26,749 bases of DNA from a virus (Duplodnaviria; Caudoviricetes). The position numbers and the translations under genes are program-made. Of this stretch, positions 8,122 to 16,029 are shown piece after piece. Under the pieces are notes generated by a model that worked only from the letters and a program-made list of their open reading frames with translations, was not told the DNA's origin and searched no databases. Numbering within the stretch: the stretch's first letter is position 1; each line of letters starts with the position of its first letter. Location: IMG/VR virus record IMGVR_UViG_3300005805_000396, positions 1-26,749 of that record. One strand, written 5' to 3'.

Positions 8122-9943
8122 GAATGATATTAGAAATACAACCACCAACTACGTCCATCCCACAGATCCCAACCTTTTAAACTTACACAAGGCGATGGAA
8201 TTTGATCTTGCGGGTAGACCATCTGTTAGAACAATACTGAATACGACTACTGTTCAAATCACAGGTCCGGTTACAGTTCTAAGCACAGTCACAGTCAGTT
8301 CTACTCCTGAGAATCCTGTTCACACTCACATTACGGAAGTAGGCACAAGCGGATTACTGACTGTTCCATATATACCTATAGGAGGGACTGTGACCGCTAC
8401 GCAGGGAACAGTTCCTTGGGTAGTAACTGGAACAGTTTCAATAAATTCAACTACGGTGTACCAAGGCACGGATCCATGGACTGTTTATGGTACTGTTGAA
8501 GTTAATAATTTTCCAACTACCTCAACTGTGTATCAAGGCACTGATCCTTGGGTAGTTACTGGCAATGTAACGGCAACGGTCACAGGCACAGTTTCAGCCA
8601 GCATAGAAGGAGAAGTTTCAGTAGCCGGTGCCAACCCCGATGCATTTGGTCGTGCCAGAGTCAGTGAATTGTTTACCTTGGGTGACTACAAACATATCTA
8701 TGCCTTAGATCCTAACTTCCTTGATTCTACTAGCAGTGGAGCAACAGTTACATTCTACGCTGATCAGGCCTGTGCTAGATTAGCTACGTCATCCAACACC
8801 AGCAGTTACGCTATACATCAAACTAAATTTTATCATCACTACCAGCCAGGTAAGAGTCAATTAATTTATACTTCAATTCGTTTTGGTGCACCGGATCGCA
8901 ACGTGACTAAACGCACAGGTTATTACGACGATAGAGATGGAATTTATTTTGAACAGGTTGGAAGCAATACTGCAGACGGCGGCACAGTTAGCACCACAAC
9001 CCAAACTCTAAATTGGGTAATAAGAACCTATGTTGGCGGCGGTGCCGACGAAAGTGATTTTGTTACAACGGTCAACGGTTCTCCCTATACCTACAAACGC
9101 CGTGTGCCACAAAGCGAATGGAATATAGATCCCTGCGATGGCACAGGCCCTAGCGGTTTCAACCTAGACATCACTAAGACGCAGTTATGTTGGATTGACT
9201 TTCAGTGGTTAGGTGTTGGTCGTGTTCGCTGTGGATTTGTTCACAACGGCGAATTAATTACAGCATATGAATACTATCACAGCAATGTTCTCCCAACAGT
9301 TTATATAGCAAACCCCAATCTACCTGTTCGCTGTGAAATAAGAAATACTGGTGTAACCACAGGTGGAACTATGGATCAAATCTGTAGTTCTGTTATGAGC
9401 GAAGGCGGTTATATAGAATCTGGTATTGACTGGAGTATATACACTAATGCTCGTGCTACACCCACTCCTGGACAGACACGACTGCCCTTAGTGGCAATTA
9501 GATTAAAGAATACTTTTAGTGGCTATCCCAATCGTCTAAGTGTCCGCCCATTAAGTCTAGGATTGTTTGCCAAAACAGAACCTGTAGTTTATGAAGTGGT
9601 TAAATTTCCCAGTGCTGCCAGTTTAACTACTACAGATGTTGGAGGACTGGTATGGACCAGTGCAGACGCAGATAGCGGAGTTGAATACTGTGTTAATGCC
9701 ACAGGCTTTACGGCTGCTAACGCCGATCGCTTTGCTTCGGGCTATGTACCGGCAGGATCAAGCCAAAACAGCCTCAGCCCCGTAGCAACAGGATCGCTAA
9801 CATCCGCTAAGAAAAACATTATCAGTCAGAATATTGACAGTACTAATTCAGAAGTTTATGCAGTCATTGTAAGCACGATTTTTTCAGGCGTTCAACTTAC
9901 TGCTGATGTAGCTTGCGCTATACAATGGCGTGAAATTTATTAA
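8120..9943 (+). CDS. Virion structural/fibre protein with Thr/Val-rich repeat stalk and a DAFGR-type C-terminal beta domain
   Basis: Long ORF; QGTxPW repeats, then DAFGRARVSELFTLGDYK, YQPGKSQ, IDFQWLGVGRVRCG, NPNLPVRCE and terminal WREIY, a pattern typical of phage structural proteins. Confidence 0.6.
   Translation: MNDIRNTTTNYVHPTDPNLLNLHKAMEFDLAGRPSVRTILNTTTVQITGPVTVLSTVTVSSTPENPVHTHITEVGTSGLLTVPYIPIGGTVTATQGTVPWVVTGTVSINSTTVYQGTDPWTVYGTVEVNNFPTTSTVYQGTDPWVVTGNVTATVTGTVSASIEGEVSVAGANPDAFGRARVSELFTLGDYKHIYALDPNFLDSTSSGATVTFYADQACARLATSSNTSSYAIHQTKFYHHYQPGKSQLIYTSIRFGAPDRNVTKRTGYYDDRDGIYFEQVGSNTADGGTVSTTTQTLNWVIRTYVGGGADESDFVTTVNGSPYTYKRRVPQSEWNIDPCDGTGPSGFNLDITKTQLCWIDFQWLGVGRVRCGFVHNGELITAYEYYHSNVLPTVYIANPNLPVRCEIRNTGVTTGGTMDQICSSVMSEGGYIESGIDWSIYTNARATPTPGQTRLPLVAIRLKNTFSGYPNRLSVRPLSLGLFAKTEPVVYEVVKFPSAASLTTTDVGGLVWTSADADSGVEYCVNATGFTAANADRFASGYVPAGSSQNSLSPVATGSLTSAKKNIISQNIDSTNSEVYAVIVSTIFSGVQLTADVACAIQWREIY
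8388..8580 (+). repeat. Three in-frame peptide repeats QGT(V/D)PW(V/T)V(T/Y)G(T/N)V
   Basis: TQGTVPWVVTGTV / YQGTDPWTVYGTV / YQGTDPWVVTGNV. Confidence 0.85.
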
Positions 9944-9950
9944 GGAGACT

Positions 9951-10424
9951 ATGATGGCAAATAAGTTTAAATTTTTTACAGATAGAAAACACTTTTTCCT
10001 AGGAGTCATTCTAGGTATGGGTGTAGTACTAGGTTGGGGTATTACAGAAGCATTTGCTAATCCCTACGATTACAAAGTGCTAAGAGTAAGCGACGGCGAT
10101 ACAGTGGTTTTTGAAGCACCTTTTATGCCCTCTCCTTTAAAACCACAGTTAAGTCTGCGTGTGCTAGGTGTTGACACACCAGAAAAGGGTGCTCGTGCAG
10201 GCTGTGCAGCAGAAGCAGCCGCAGCAGAAAAAGCCAGTGCCTTTACTAAAAATCTTGTTGCCAATGCTAAAAAGATACAGATCGAACTTAAAGAACATGA
10301 TAAATTTGGTGGTCGTGTGCTAGGGGATGTGATTATAGACGGCAAAAGACTGTCAGAAATGTTGATAGCCAACGGACATGCTAGAGCATATTTTGGAGAA
10401 AAGAAGAGCAGTTGGTGCGAATAA
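9951..10424 (+). CDS. Thermonuclease (staphylococcal nuclease-like) with N-terminal signal peptide/membrane anchor
   Basis: AAGGAG SD before ATG 9951. SNase motifs VSDGDT, RVLGVDTPEK, DKFGGRVLG, LIANGHAR. Hydrophobic FFLGVILGMGVVLGWG followed by AFA. Confidence 0.88.
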   Translation: MMANKFKFFTDRKHFFLGVILGMGVVLGWGITEAFANPYDYKVLRVSDGDTVVFEAPFMPSPLKPQLSLRVLGVDTPEKGARAGCAAEAAAAEKASAFTKNLVANAKKIQIELKEHDKFGGRVLGDVIIDGKRLSEMLIANGHARAYFGEKKSSWCE

Positions 10425-10432
10425 AAGTTTGG

Positions 10433-10440
10433 CATAAATA
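10433..10440 (+). promoter_or_regulatory. T4-type late promoter box CATAAATA
   Basis: Intergenic, 7 nt before ATG 10448. Confidence 0.65.
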
Positions 10441-10447
10441 TTAACAA

Positions 10448-11311
10448 ATGTCAAGCACAGGAAAATATTTTGCGCAACTATGCGAAGGCGTGCTATTTGA
10501 GTACAGCACTAGCCTTCAAATAGTTAGACAACTGCCCGGTGGCGAGAATCTTGTCAAAATGTTGCACAAAACACAGGGCCTGTCTCACGATCAAGACTAC
10601 TCAGAAGTACCTAAAATCAGCTGGAGTGATCTTAAAAATAAACGCAGCTGGGTTATCTTACAATACCCAAAAGGTGTAGGTGCTATCAAACAAAAAAGCG
10701 GCAGCTACGAAGCACTGGCCAGCAATGGCACAGATATTGAAGAATTCTACAGTGATCGCGGCGGAAATATTCTAAATTTTTTCAAAGAACGATTAGGTGG
10801 TAACCCTCGTAAAATTTTTGTAGGCAGAGATGAAGGTGAAGTAAGAAATAAACAGTCCACTAGAGCGGACAGAAAAACTTCTGTAGACAAACCTAGAGTT
10901 GATAAAGATGTTTTATTGGTTAAATTCAAACCATTATGGGCCAAGGCTATCGCTGCCGCAGTAGCAGATGCCAAAGGTATTGTGGGACAGATGGTTAAGA
11001 ACGACGCTTTTGAAAAAGCCTCTGTAAAAATCAAACATCTACAGAACCTAACCAACATGCAGGATGAATTTGAAAGCAATCCAGATTCTGTAAAAGATAA
11101 ACTAGGACACACAATTAACAAAGCAGTGCTATTGGCAGCAGCCTATCACTATCCAGATGAAACCGGAGAAATTACCAAGAGTTGGGGATCAAACTGGTCT
11201 TCGGCCAGTAACGAAGGACCCAACAAATTGCTACAAGATATTAGTACAGGTGACACAACAAAGATGGGGACGGTACTTTCGTTTTTCAAGAAAGTGTTGG
11301 TAAGCGGATGA
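10448..11311 (+). CDS. Hypothetical protein, putative internal head protein
   Basis: 287 aa; N-terminal LCE and LFE candidate protease sites; follows a late promoter; ATGA overlap with the next gene. Confidence 0.6.
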   Translation: MSSTGKYFAQLCEGVLFEYSTSLQIVRQLPGGENLVKMLHKTQGLSHDQDYSEVPKISWSDLKNKRSWVILQYPKGVGAIKQKSGSYEALASNGTDIEEFYSDRGGNILNFFKERLGGNPRKIFVGRDEGEVRNKQSTRADRKTSVDKPRVDKDVLLVKFKPLWAKAIAAAVADAKGIVGQMVKNDAFEKASVKIKHLQNLTNMQDEFESNPDSVKDKLGHTINKAVLLAAAYHYPDETGEITKSWGSNWSSASNEGPNKLLQDISTGDTTKMGTVLSFFKKVLVSG

Positions 11312-12471
11312 AATTACTAGATGTATTAGAATCTACAGCCGTAACAGAAGCCAATGTGGCTCAAAAGATTCTGCGCGATCCAAGACAGACCAAAATGTTG
11401 AGTATTGCTTGGAAGCATGATCATACATTACCTCCAACAGTGGTAGCAAGATTGGGACCAAAACCCGCTGAGCAAGCCATCGCCAATGCGTGGAGCAAAT
11501 TGCTCGACGACACACTGCGTAGAAATGACTACGGTGATCTCAGTGCTGACGGAAAGTTTGACGAATGGCTTACCCGTTTATATATCAACGGTCAAGCAGA
11601 CTTTGAAGATATTAACGGCGAGGGTGGTGACGCATTGGGTGCTTGGAAGGCATTAAGCATAAGAGGAAAGTTACTTCCTCAGCATCAAGATTTTAACAAA
11701 TTTATCAATATCAAACAAATACAAAAAATAGTTAGAACTCCCCAATACGCTAGAGAACTAGAAAAAATCAAAGATGCTGAAAAGATCGAAAAGATGAAGC
11801 GTGAAAAACTCGATGTTGTTCTAATTGACGACAACAAGTATTATGTTATAATCCCATTTAATTACGGTGCTTGTTATACCTTTGGTAACGCCGAAGGCTA
11901 CAAACCAAACTTCTGTACAAGTAGTTCCAGCGGTGCTCGTTGGTTTGAAAATTATGCACCTAACGGTCCAATTATTAGTATTGTTGACAAAGAAAATATG
12001 GACAACAAAGATGGGAAGTGGCAATTACACGCACAAACCAATCAGATCGTAGATGGCGATCAAACCAATCGTTGGGATAAAGACGGCAATGATAAGAGAT
12101 TTAGTGAATTGTTCCCAGGCTTGATGAAACGCATCGGTGCAGAAATGTTAGCCAATGCAGAGAAGATTAAAGAAATGAGCAAGCCTATCACACGTCAGGT
12201 TGGTTATGATGTTGAAAAGGATGTGAAAGAATTACAGACAAAATATCCACAGAGTTGGAATAGCGGTGAAAAAGAACCCGAACCAGAACAACCAGAAACA
12301 GAACCAGATGCTAACGGTCCTGGTACATATCTAGTCACGCAGATTGCATCAGGTCGTACTGCTCGTATTCCGGCAGACAGCCTAGCTCACGCGCAGGAAC
12401 AACTGCTAGCACGTCATCCAACATTCGATCTTAACGATTATAGTTTTGAACTAATTCGCGATCAGGACTAA
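11308..12471 (+). CDS. Putative internal head protein with PcfJ-like domain, EP-rich linker and small C-terminal domain
   Basis: MKLLDVLE..VTE N-terminus; AC..FG...NFCT...F.NY...GP..KWQLH..Q.VD resembles the phage WCT/PcfJ-like motif; EKEPEPEQPETEPD linker. Confidence 0.5.
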   Translation: MKLLDVLESTAVTEANVAQKILRDPRQTKMLSIAWKHDHTLPPTVVARLGPKPAEQAIANAWSKLLDDTLRRNDYGDLSADGKFDEWLTRLYINGQADFEDINGEGGDALGAWKALSIRGKLLPQHQDFNKFINIKQIQKIVRTPQYARELEKIKDAEKIEKMKREKLDVVLIDDNKYYVIIPFNYGACYTFGNAEGYKPNFCTSSSSGARWFENYAPNGPIISIVDKENMDNKDGKWQLHAQTNQIVDGDQTNRWDKDGNDKRFSELFPGLMKRIGAEMLANAEKIKEMSKPITRQVGYDVEKDVKELQTKYPQSWNSGEKEPEPEQPETEPDANGPGTYLVTQIASGRTARIPADSLAHAQEQLLARHPTFDLNDYSFELIRDQD

Positions 12472-12473
12472 CA

Positions 12474-14069
12474 ATGAAAGCTAAAGAGATGATGTCTAAG
12501 GGTCGACCAGAAGTCTACTTAGACCTAGACGGTGTTGTAGCGGACTTTTTTAACAAGTATGCTGAACTTGCCATCATCCATCTCATAATGGAAAAATACA
12601 ACAAAAGTCGCGAAGAAGCTTTTAAAATCTATCATGGCGACGAAGCTCGTTGGCAAGATGAATTTGGTATTCGCAGTTATAGAGATATCCCTCCTGCCAA
12701 GGGCGACCCTGTGCTGAACATGATGGTTGGCACAGACTTTTTTAATCGTTTACCCAAATTTGGCACAGCAGACGCACTAGTAGGCTACCTTGTAAAGACA
12801 TTTGGTAGCTACAAAGTACTCAGCAGTCCTCTGCGTGGAGACTATGAAAACAGCGAAAAGTTTAAGAAAGAATGGGTAGCTAGAGAACTCAAACCTGGTC
12901 CCAGCCAGATTATTATCGAACACAGAAAAGAAAAATATGCCAAGCAACCCGATGGTACTCCCAACATCTTAATAGACGACCGCGGTAATAACATAACCAA
13001 CTGGGAAGCTAAAGGTGGCGTAGGTATCAAGTATCAAGCCGATGAAGACAGTCTTGATAAAATCTACGAAGGCGTGGAAAGAGCTTTTAGAATTATCCGC
13101 GGCGAAGAAGAGCATGAGCCGCAGGTTCTAAAGAGTTTAGATAGAACAAAAACTATCGCTACAGGGGACAACGACGCCGAGCAAGTAAAAGAATCAGCTG
13201 ATGACAGTAAAGATATTTTTATAGAAATATTTAGAAAGTTTCTTCCGTTAGCTATGTCTGTATTAGATATAAAATCTCTTCCAACAATGAAATTTGAAAT
13301 CTCCGTTGAAGATCCAGATCAACCAACCTTTGGTAGATTTGATTCTGAAAATAATGAACTAACTGTAGCATTATCAAATAGACACCCAAACGATATCTTA
13401 AGAACCGTTGCCCATGAGCTAGTACATTATAAACAGGGATTAGATCATAGACTAGATGATTACAGTGGTGAGACCGGTAGTGTAGAAGAAAATGAAGCTA
13501 ACGCTCTAGCAGGGGTAGTAATGCGTCATTTCAACAAGCAGTATCCAAGGTTTCTCAAACAGAAACCTCTAATGTTAGGTGATCTCAATGAACGCAAAAA
13601 ACGTAGAAAGCGTCGTCGGGCAGCATATGGTCCAGGTCCCTATGGATGGTATGGATATAATGCTGGCTATAGTGGAGATGGTGGTGACAGCGGTGGCGGA
13701 GATGGTGGCGGTATGGAGGAATCTCTCTCACCTAAAAAGATTCATAGTCTAGCAGATCGCAAAGGTGTAAAGTGGGACAACGAGCCTAGCTTTTTAAAAA
13801 AAACTAAACAGTTAACCGGAAAGGTACATCTTGATGATTTAGACCAAGGTGAACTAGAAAAAGTTCAAGCATGGTTAAATTCTCTAGACGAAAACTTTGC
13901 CGACGGTAAAGTAAAAGGAAAAAGCCGCCCTGGTAGAGTAAAAAAATCAGGAGCTAGTTGTAAAGGTTCAGTGAGTGATTTGAAATCTCGTGCTAAGAAG
14001 TACAGCGGCGAAAAAGGCAAAATGTATCATTGGTGTGCTAATATGAAAGGCGGTAAGAAGAAAAAATGA
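12474..14069 (+). CDS. Polyvalent protein: HAD 5'(3')-deoxyribonucleotidase-like domain + HExxH metallopeptidase + Arg/Gly-rich peptide + two small basic modules
   Basis: HAD motifs YLDLDGVVADF, VLSSP, ILIDDRGNN..W..GG.G. Zincin AHELVHYKQ (HELVH at 13413-13427) with downstream EENEANALAG. RKKRRKRRR tract. Confidence 0.8.
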   Translation: MKAKEMMSKGRPEVYLDLDGVVADFFNKYAELAIIHLIMEKYNKSREEAFKIYHGDEARWQDEFGIRSYRDIPPAKGDPVLNMMVGTDFFNRLPKFGTADALVGYLVKTFGSYKVLSSPLRGDYENSEKFKKEWVARELKPGPSQIIIEHRKEKYAKQPDGTPNILIDDRGNNITNWEAKGGVGIKYQADEDSLDKIYEGVERAFRIIRGEEEHEPQVLKSLDRTKTIATGDNDAEQVKESADDSKDIFIEIFRKFLPLAMSVLDIKSLPTMKFEISVEDPDQPTFGRFDSENNELTVALSNRHPNDILRTVAHELVHYKQGLDHRLDDYSGETGSVEENEANALAGVVMRHFNKQYPRFLKQKPLMLGDLNERKKRRKRRRAAYGPGPYGWYGYNAGYSGDGGDSGGGDGGGMEESLSPKKIHSLADRKGVKWDNEPSFLKKTKQLTGKVHLDDLDQGELEKVQAWLNSLDENFADGKVKGKSRPGRVKKSGASCKGSVSDLKSRAKKYSGEKGKMYHWCANMKGGKKKK

Positions 14070-14638
14070 GGCTGCAGGAAATCAGCCCTAACACTGTAAA
14101 AGGCAGTTGGACCAGTGATCTAGTGTTAAGAAAATTATGGGGCCTAACAGAACTTAAAAAAATCAACGACAAGTTTGATACAGTCTACGTTTTAGGATCT
14201 TGGTACGGAAACGCTAGCATCATTATGTCCATGCTTAAGAAGCATATAGACTTTGACCACATTGTGAATGTTGACAATGATCCTAATGTATTAAATCAAA
14301 GCGAAAAACTAATTGACAAGTTAGGTATCAAGAATAGCATAGAGTTTATGTTAGCTGATGTTAACGAACTAGATTATAGGCAGTTAGGCAAAAATGGTTT
14401 GATAATTAATTTCAGCACTGTTGATATACAAGGGGACGATTGGTTCCGTAACATTCCTAAAGGAACCACAGTTTTAATTCAAGCTAGAGACAACGTAGAA
14501 GGCGCAAGCAATCAGTTTTTTAGCGAGCATGATCTAAAAAAGGCCTTTCCTTTATCCAACCTATTATATAGCGGATCTAAGCAGTTTAAAGACCCGGAAA
14601 CAGAATTTGATTCCTATATGATTATAGGTCAAAAATAA
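14066..14638 (+). CDS. Class I SAM-dependent methyltransferase, substrate unknown
   Basis: Motif I VYVLGSWYG, acidic end of beta2 VNVDND, ADVN, LIINFS; MRLQEI N-terminus. Confidence 0.72.
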   Translation: MRLQEISPNTVKGSWTSDLVLRKLWGLTELKKINDKFDTVYVLGSWYGNASIIMSMLKKHIDFDHIVNVDNDPNVLNQSEKLIDKLGIKNSIEFMLADVNELDYRQLGKNGLIINFSTVDIQGDDWFRNIPKGTTVLIQARDNVEGASNQFFSEHDLKKAFPLSNLLYSGSKQFKDPETEFDSYMIIGQK

Positions 14639-14659
14639 AACGCCCCGAAGGGCGTTTTA
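14636..14659. terminator. Bidirectional rho-independent terminator between convergent genes; C(UUCG)G loop on the minus strand
   Basis: TAAAACGCCC-CGAA-GGGCGTTTTA is a perfect 10 bp inverted repeat with T tracts on both strands. Confidence 0.9.
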
Positions 14660-14710
14660 CCGAAGTAACAAAGTTTTCTTTTGTTATAGGCTATGCCGCT
14701 TATATGATTA

Positions 14711-15037
14711 TTACTTCAAACTTGCTGGTGATGCTGCTGCTACTGCATCTGCAATAGCACGATCAATCTGTCTACGCTTTTCTGTTTCTTCAGCCATCAG
14801 TCTTTCTTCTTTAGAAATTTTAGGTGCATCGACAAAATTATACATGCGATGTGCTGTATCTAACACTCTGTCAATTTTAGGAAATACTGGACCGGGTTCA
14901 AGAATTCTACCCGTTGTGTCTCGCGATGCGGTTTGTTCCCAATGTGATCGCGACGAATGATACTCATTCATTACCAAGTCCTTGGCCATAGCAAGGATAT
15001 CCGTTCGGATTTCGTATCCGTTTTTATTGTTTGACAT
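14711..15037 (-). CDS. Conserved hypothetical phage protein (KNGYEIRxxIL.MAKD type)
   Basis: Strong SD AGAGGAG with an AC-rich leader, its own late-promoter box and terminator; double TAA stop. Confidence 0.8.
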   Translation of the reverse strand: MSNNKNGYEIRTDILAMAKDLVMNEYHSSRSHWEQTASRDTTGRILEPGPVFPKIDRVLDTAHRMYNFVDAPKISKEERLMAEETEKRRQIDRAIADAVAAASPASLK

Positions 15038-15080
15038 ATTTTTCTCCTCTGTGTGTATGTCTGTGCTTATAAAAGCAGTG

Positions 15081-15088
15081 TATTTAGT
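15081..15088 (-). promoter_or_regulatory. Late promoter box ACTAAATA for the minus-strand gene
   Basis: Reverse complement of tatttagt, about 43 nt upstream of ATG 15037. Confidence 0.55.
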
Positions 15089-15143
15089 ATAAGATATCTA
15101 TGTATATTAAAAAACTTTTACGGCAAAAACAGTATAAGTATTA

Positions 15144-15151
15144 TATAAATA
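15144..15151 (+). promoter_or_regulatory. T4 consensus late promoter TATAAATA (preceded by TATAAGTA at 15133-15140)
   Basis: Exact T4 late consensus, followed by AAGGA SD and TTG start 15170. Confidence 0.7.
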
Positions 15152-15169
15152 TTACAAAGGATTATTACT

Positions 15170-15469
15170 TTGAAAAGGACAACAAAAAGTCTACTTGAAG
15201 AATTGAATAGCATCGCACTTAAAAAGGATAGCGAAGCTGTTATCGAAAGTCGCGCTACACATGTAATAGACAGTGCTATTAATCTACTCACCTTAATTAA
15301 AGAAAACTACAGCCCAGAACAGGCTTATGAGCTGGAGCGCAGATTAATCAACAGTATAAAGGGTGGCGATTCCGCAAAATTTATACGCAGTATTAGAAAG
15401 CTAAGAGACAATAAGGAAACTGTGCGTAATCTGAAGATTATAAACGGTGATTTTAAAGACGAAGATTGA
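15170..15469 (+). CDS. Conserved hypothetical helical phage protein (TTG start)
   Basis: 99 aa, with SD and promoter upstream. Confidence 0.72.
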   Translation: MKRTTKSLLEELNSIALKKDSEAVIESRATHVIDSAINLLTLIKENYSPEQAYELERRLINSIKGGDSAKFIRSIRKLRDNKETVRNLKIINGDFKDED

Positions 15470-15498
15470 CCCGTTATAACCCTTTTTTCTCCCATTTT

Positions 15499-15506
15499 GA
15501 TAAATA
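15499..15506 (+). promoter_or_regulatory. Late promoter box GATAAATA
   Basis: Intergenic, upstream of the structured leader of the 15564 gene. Confidence 0.7.
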
Positions 15507-15513
15507 TTATTAA

Positions 15514-15539
15514 CCAAAACACCCCGGAGCGGGGTTTGG
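15514..15539 (+). promoter_or_regulatory. GC-rich 5'-UTR hairpin
   Basis: CCAA-AAC-ACCCCG[GAG]CGGGGT-TTGG directly after the predicted transcription start. Confidence 0.7.
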
Positions 15540-15563
15540 CCATACGAGAAAAGGAGAAATAAA

Positions 15564-15944
15564 ATGGCATACGGAATCGACAGAAAGAACGGATCAGTTC
15601 TAAACCCACGCGGCTTTTTCGGACTACAACCAGTATTCCTAAAAGTTGCTGACACAAACGTTGGTACAGCTGACTCAGGCGGCGGTACAACAGCAATCAC
15701 AGAAGGAAACTACACAAAGGCAATTCGCGCAATTGGATCAATTGCTAGCATTGTATATCTAGGCACACGCGCAAACAATCAGTTTGTTGTTGTACTAGAC
15801 AAGGCTTCAGCAAATCCATACGACACAGCCAACAGCGACACAGACCTAGCAGCAGCAGTTGTTAAGGTAGTCGAAGCTGCAACAGGCCTAAGCTCAGTTG
15901 CTGTAACAGACATCAGCGGTCTAGTATCAGGCAACCTAGCCTAA
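15564..15944 (+). CDS. Small, probably highly abundant virion protein (monocistronic)
   Basis: AAGGAG SD, skewed codon use (ACA, GCA, CTA, AAC, GAC, TAC), TAA-TAG-TAA triple stop, own promoter and terminator; Ala/Thr/Val-rich with no Cys, Trp or His. Confidence 0.65.
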   Translation: MAYGIDRKNGSVLNPRGFFGLQPVFLKVADTNVGTADSGGGTTAITEGNYTKAIRAIGSIASIVYLGTRANNQFVVVLDKASANPYDTANSDTDLAAAVVKVVEAATGLSSVAVTDISGLVSGNLA

Positions 15945-15972
15945 TAGTAAGACTGTTAGTCGAAACAAAGCG

Positions 15973-16001
15973 AGGGGAGTTTTTAACTCCCCTTTCTTTT
16001 T
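15973..16001 (+). terminator. Rho-independent terminator
   Basis: AGGGGAGTT-TTT-AACTCCCCT followed by TTCTTTTT. Confidence 0.9.
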
Positions 16002-16004
16002 AAC

Positions 16005-16012
16005 CATAAATA
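16005..16012 (+). promoter_or_regulatory. Late promoter box CATAAATA
   Basis: Immediately after the terminator and before ATG 16030. Confidence 0.7.
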
Positions 16013-16029
16013 AATTATATAGGTAGTTT

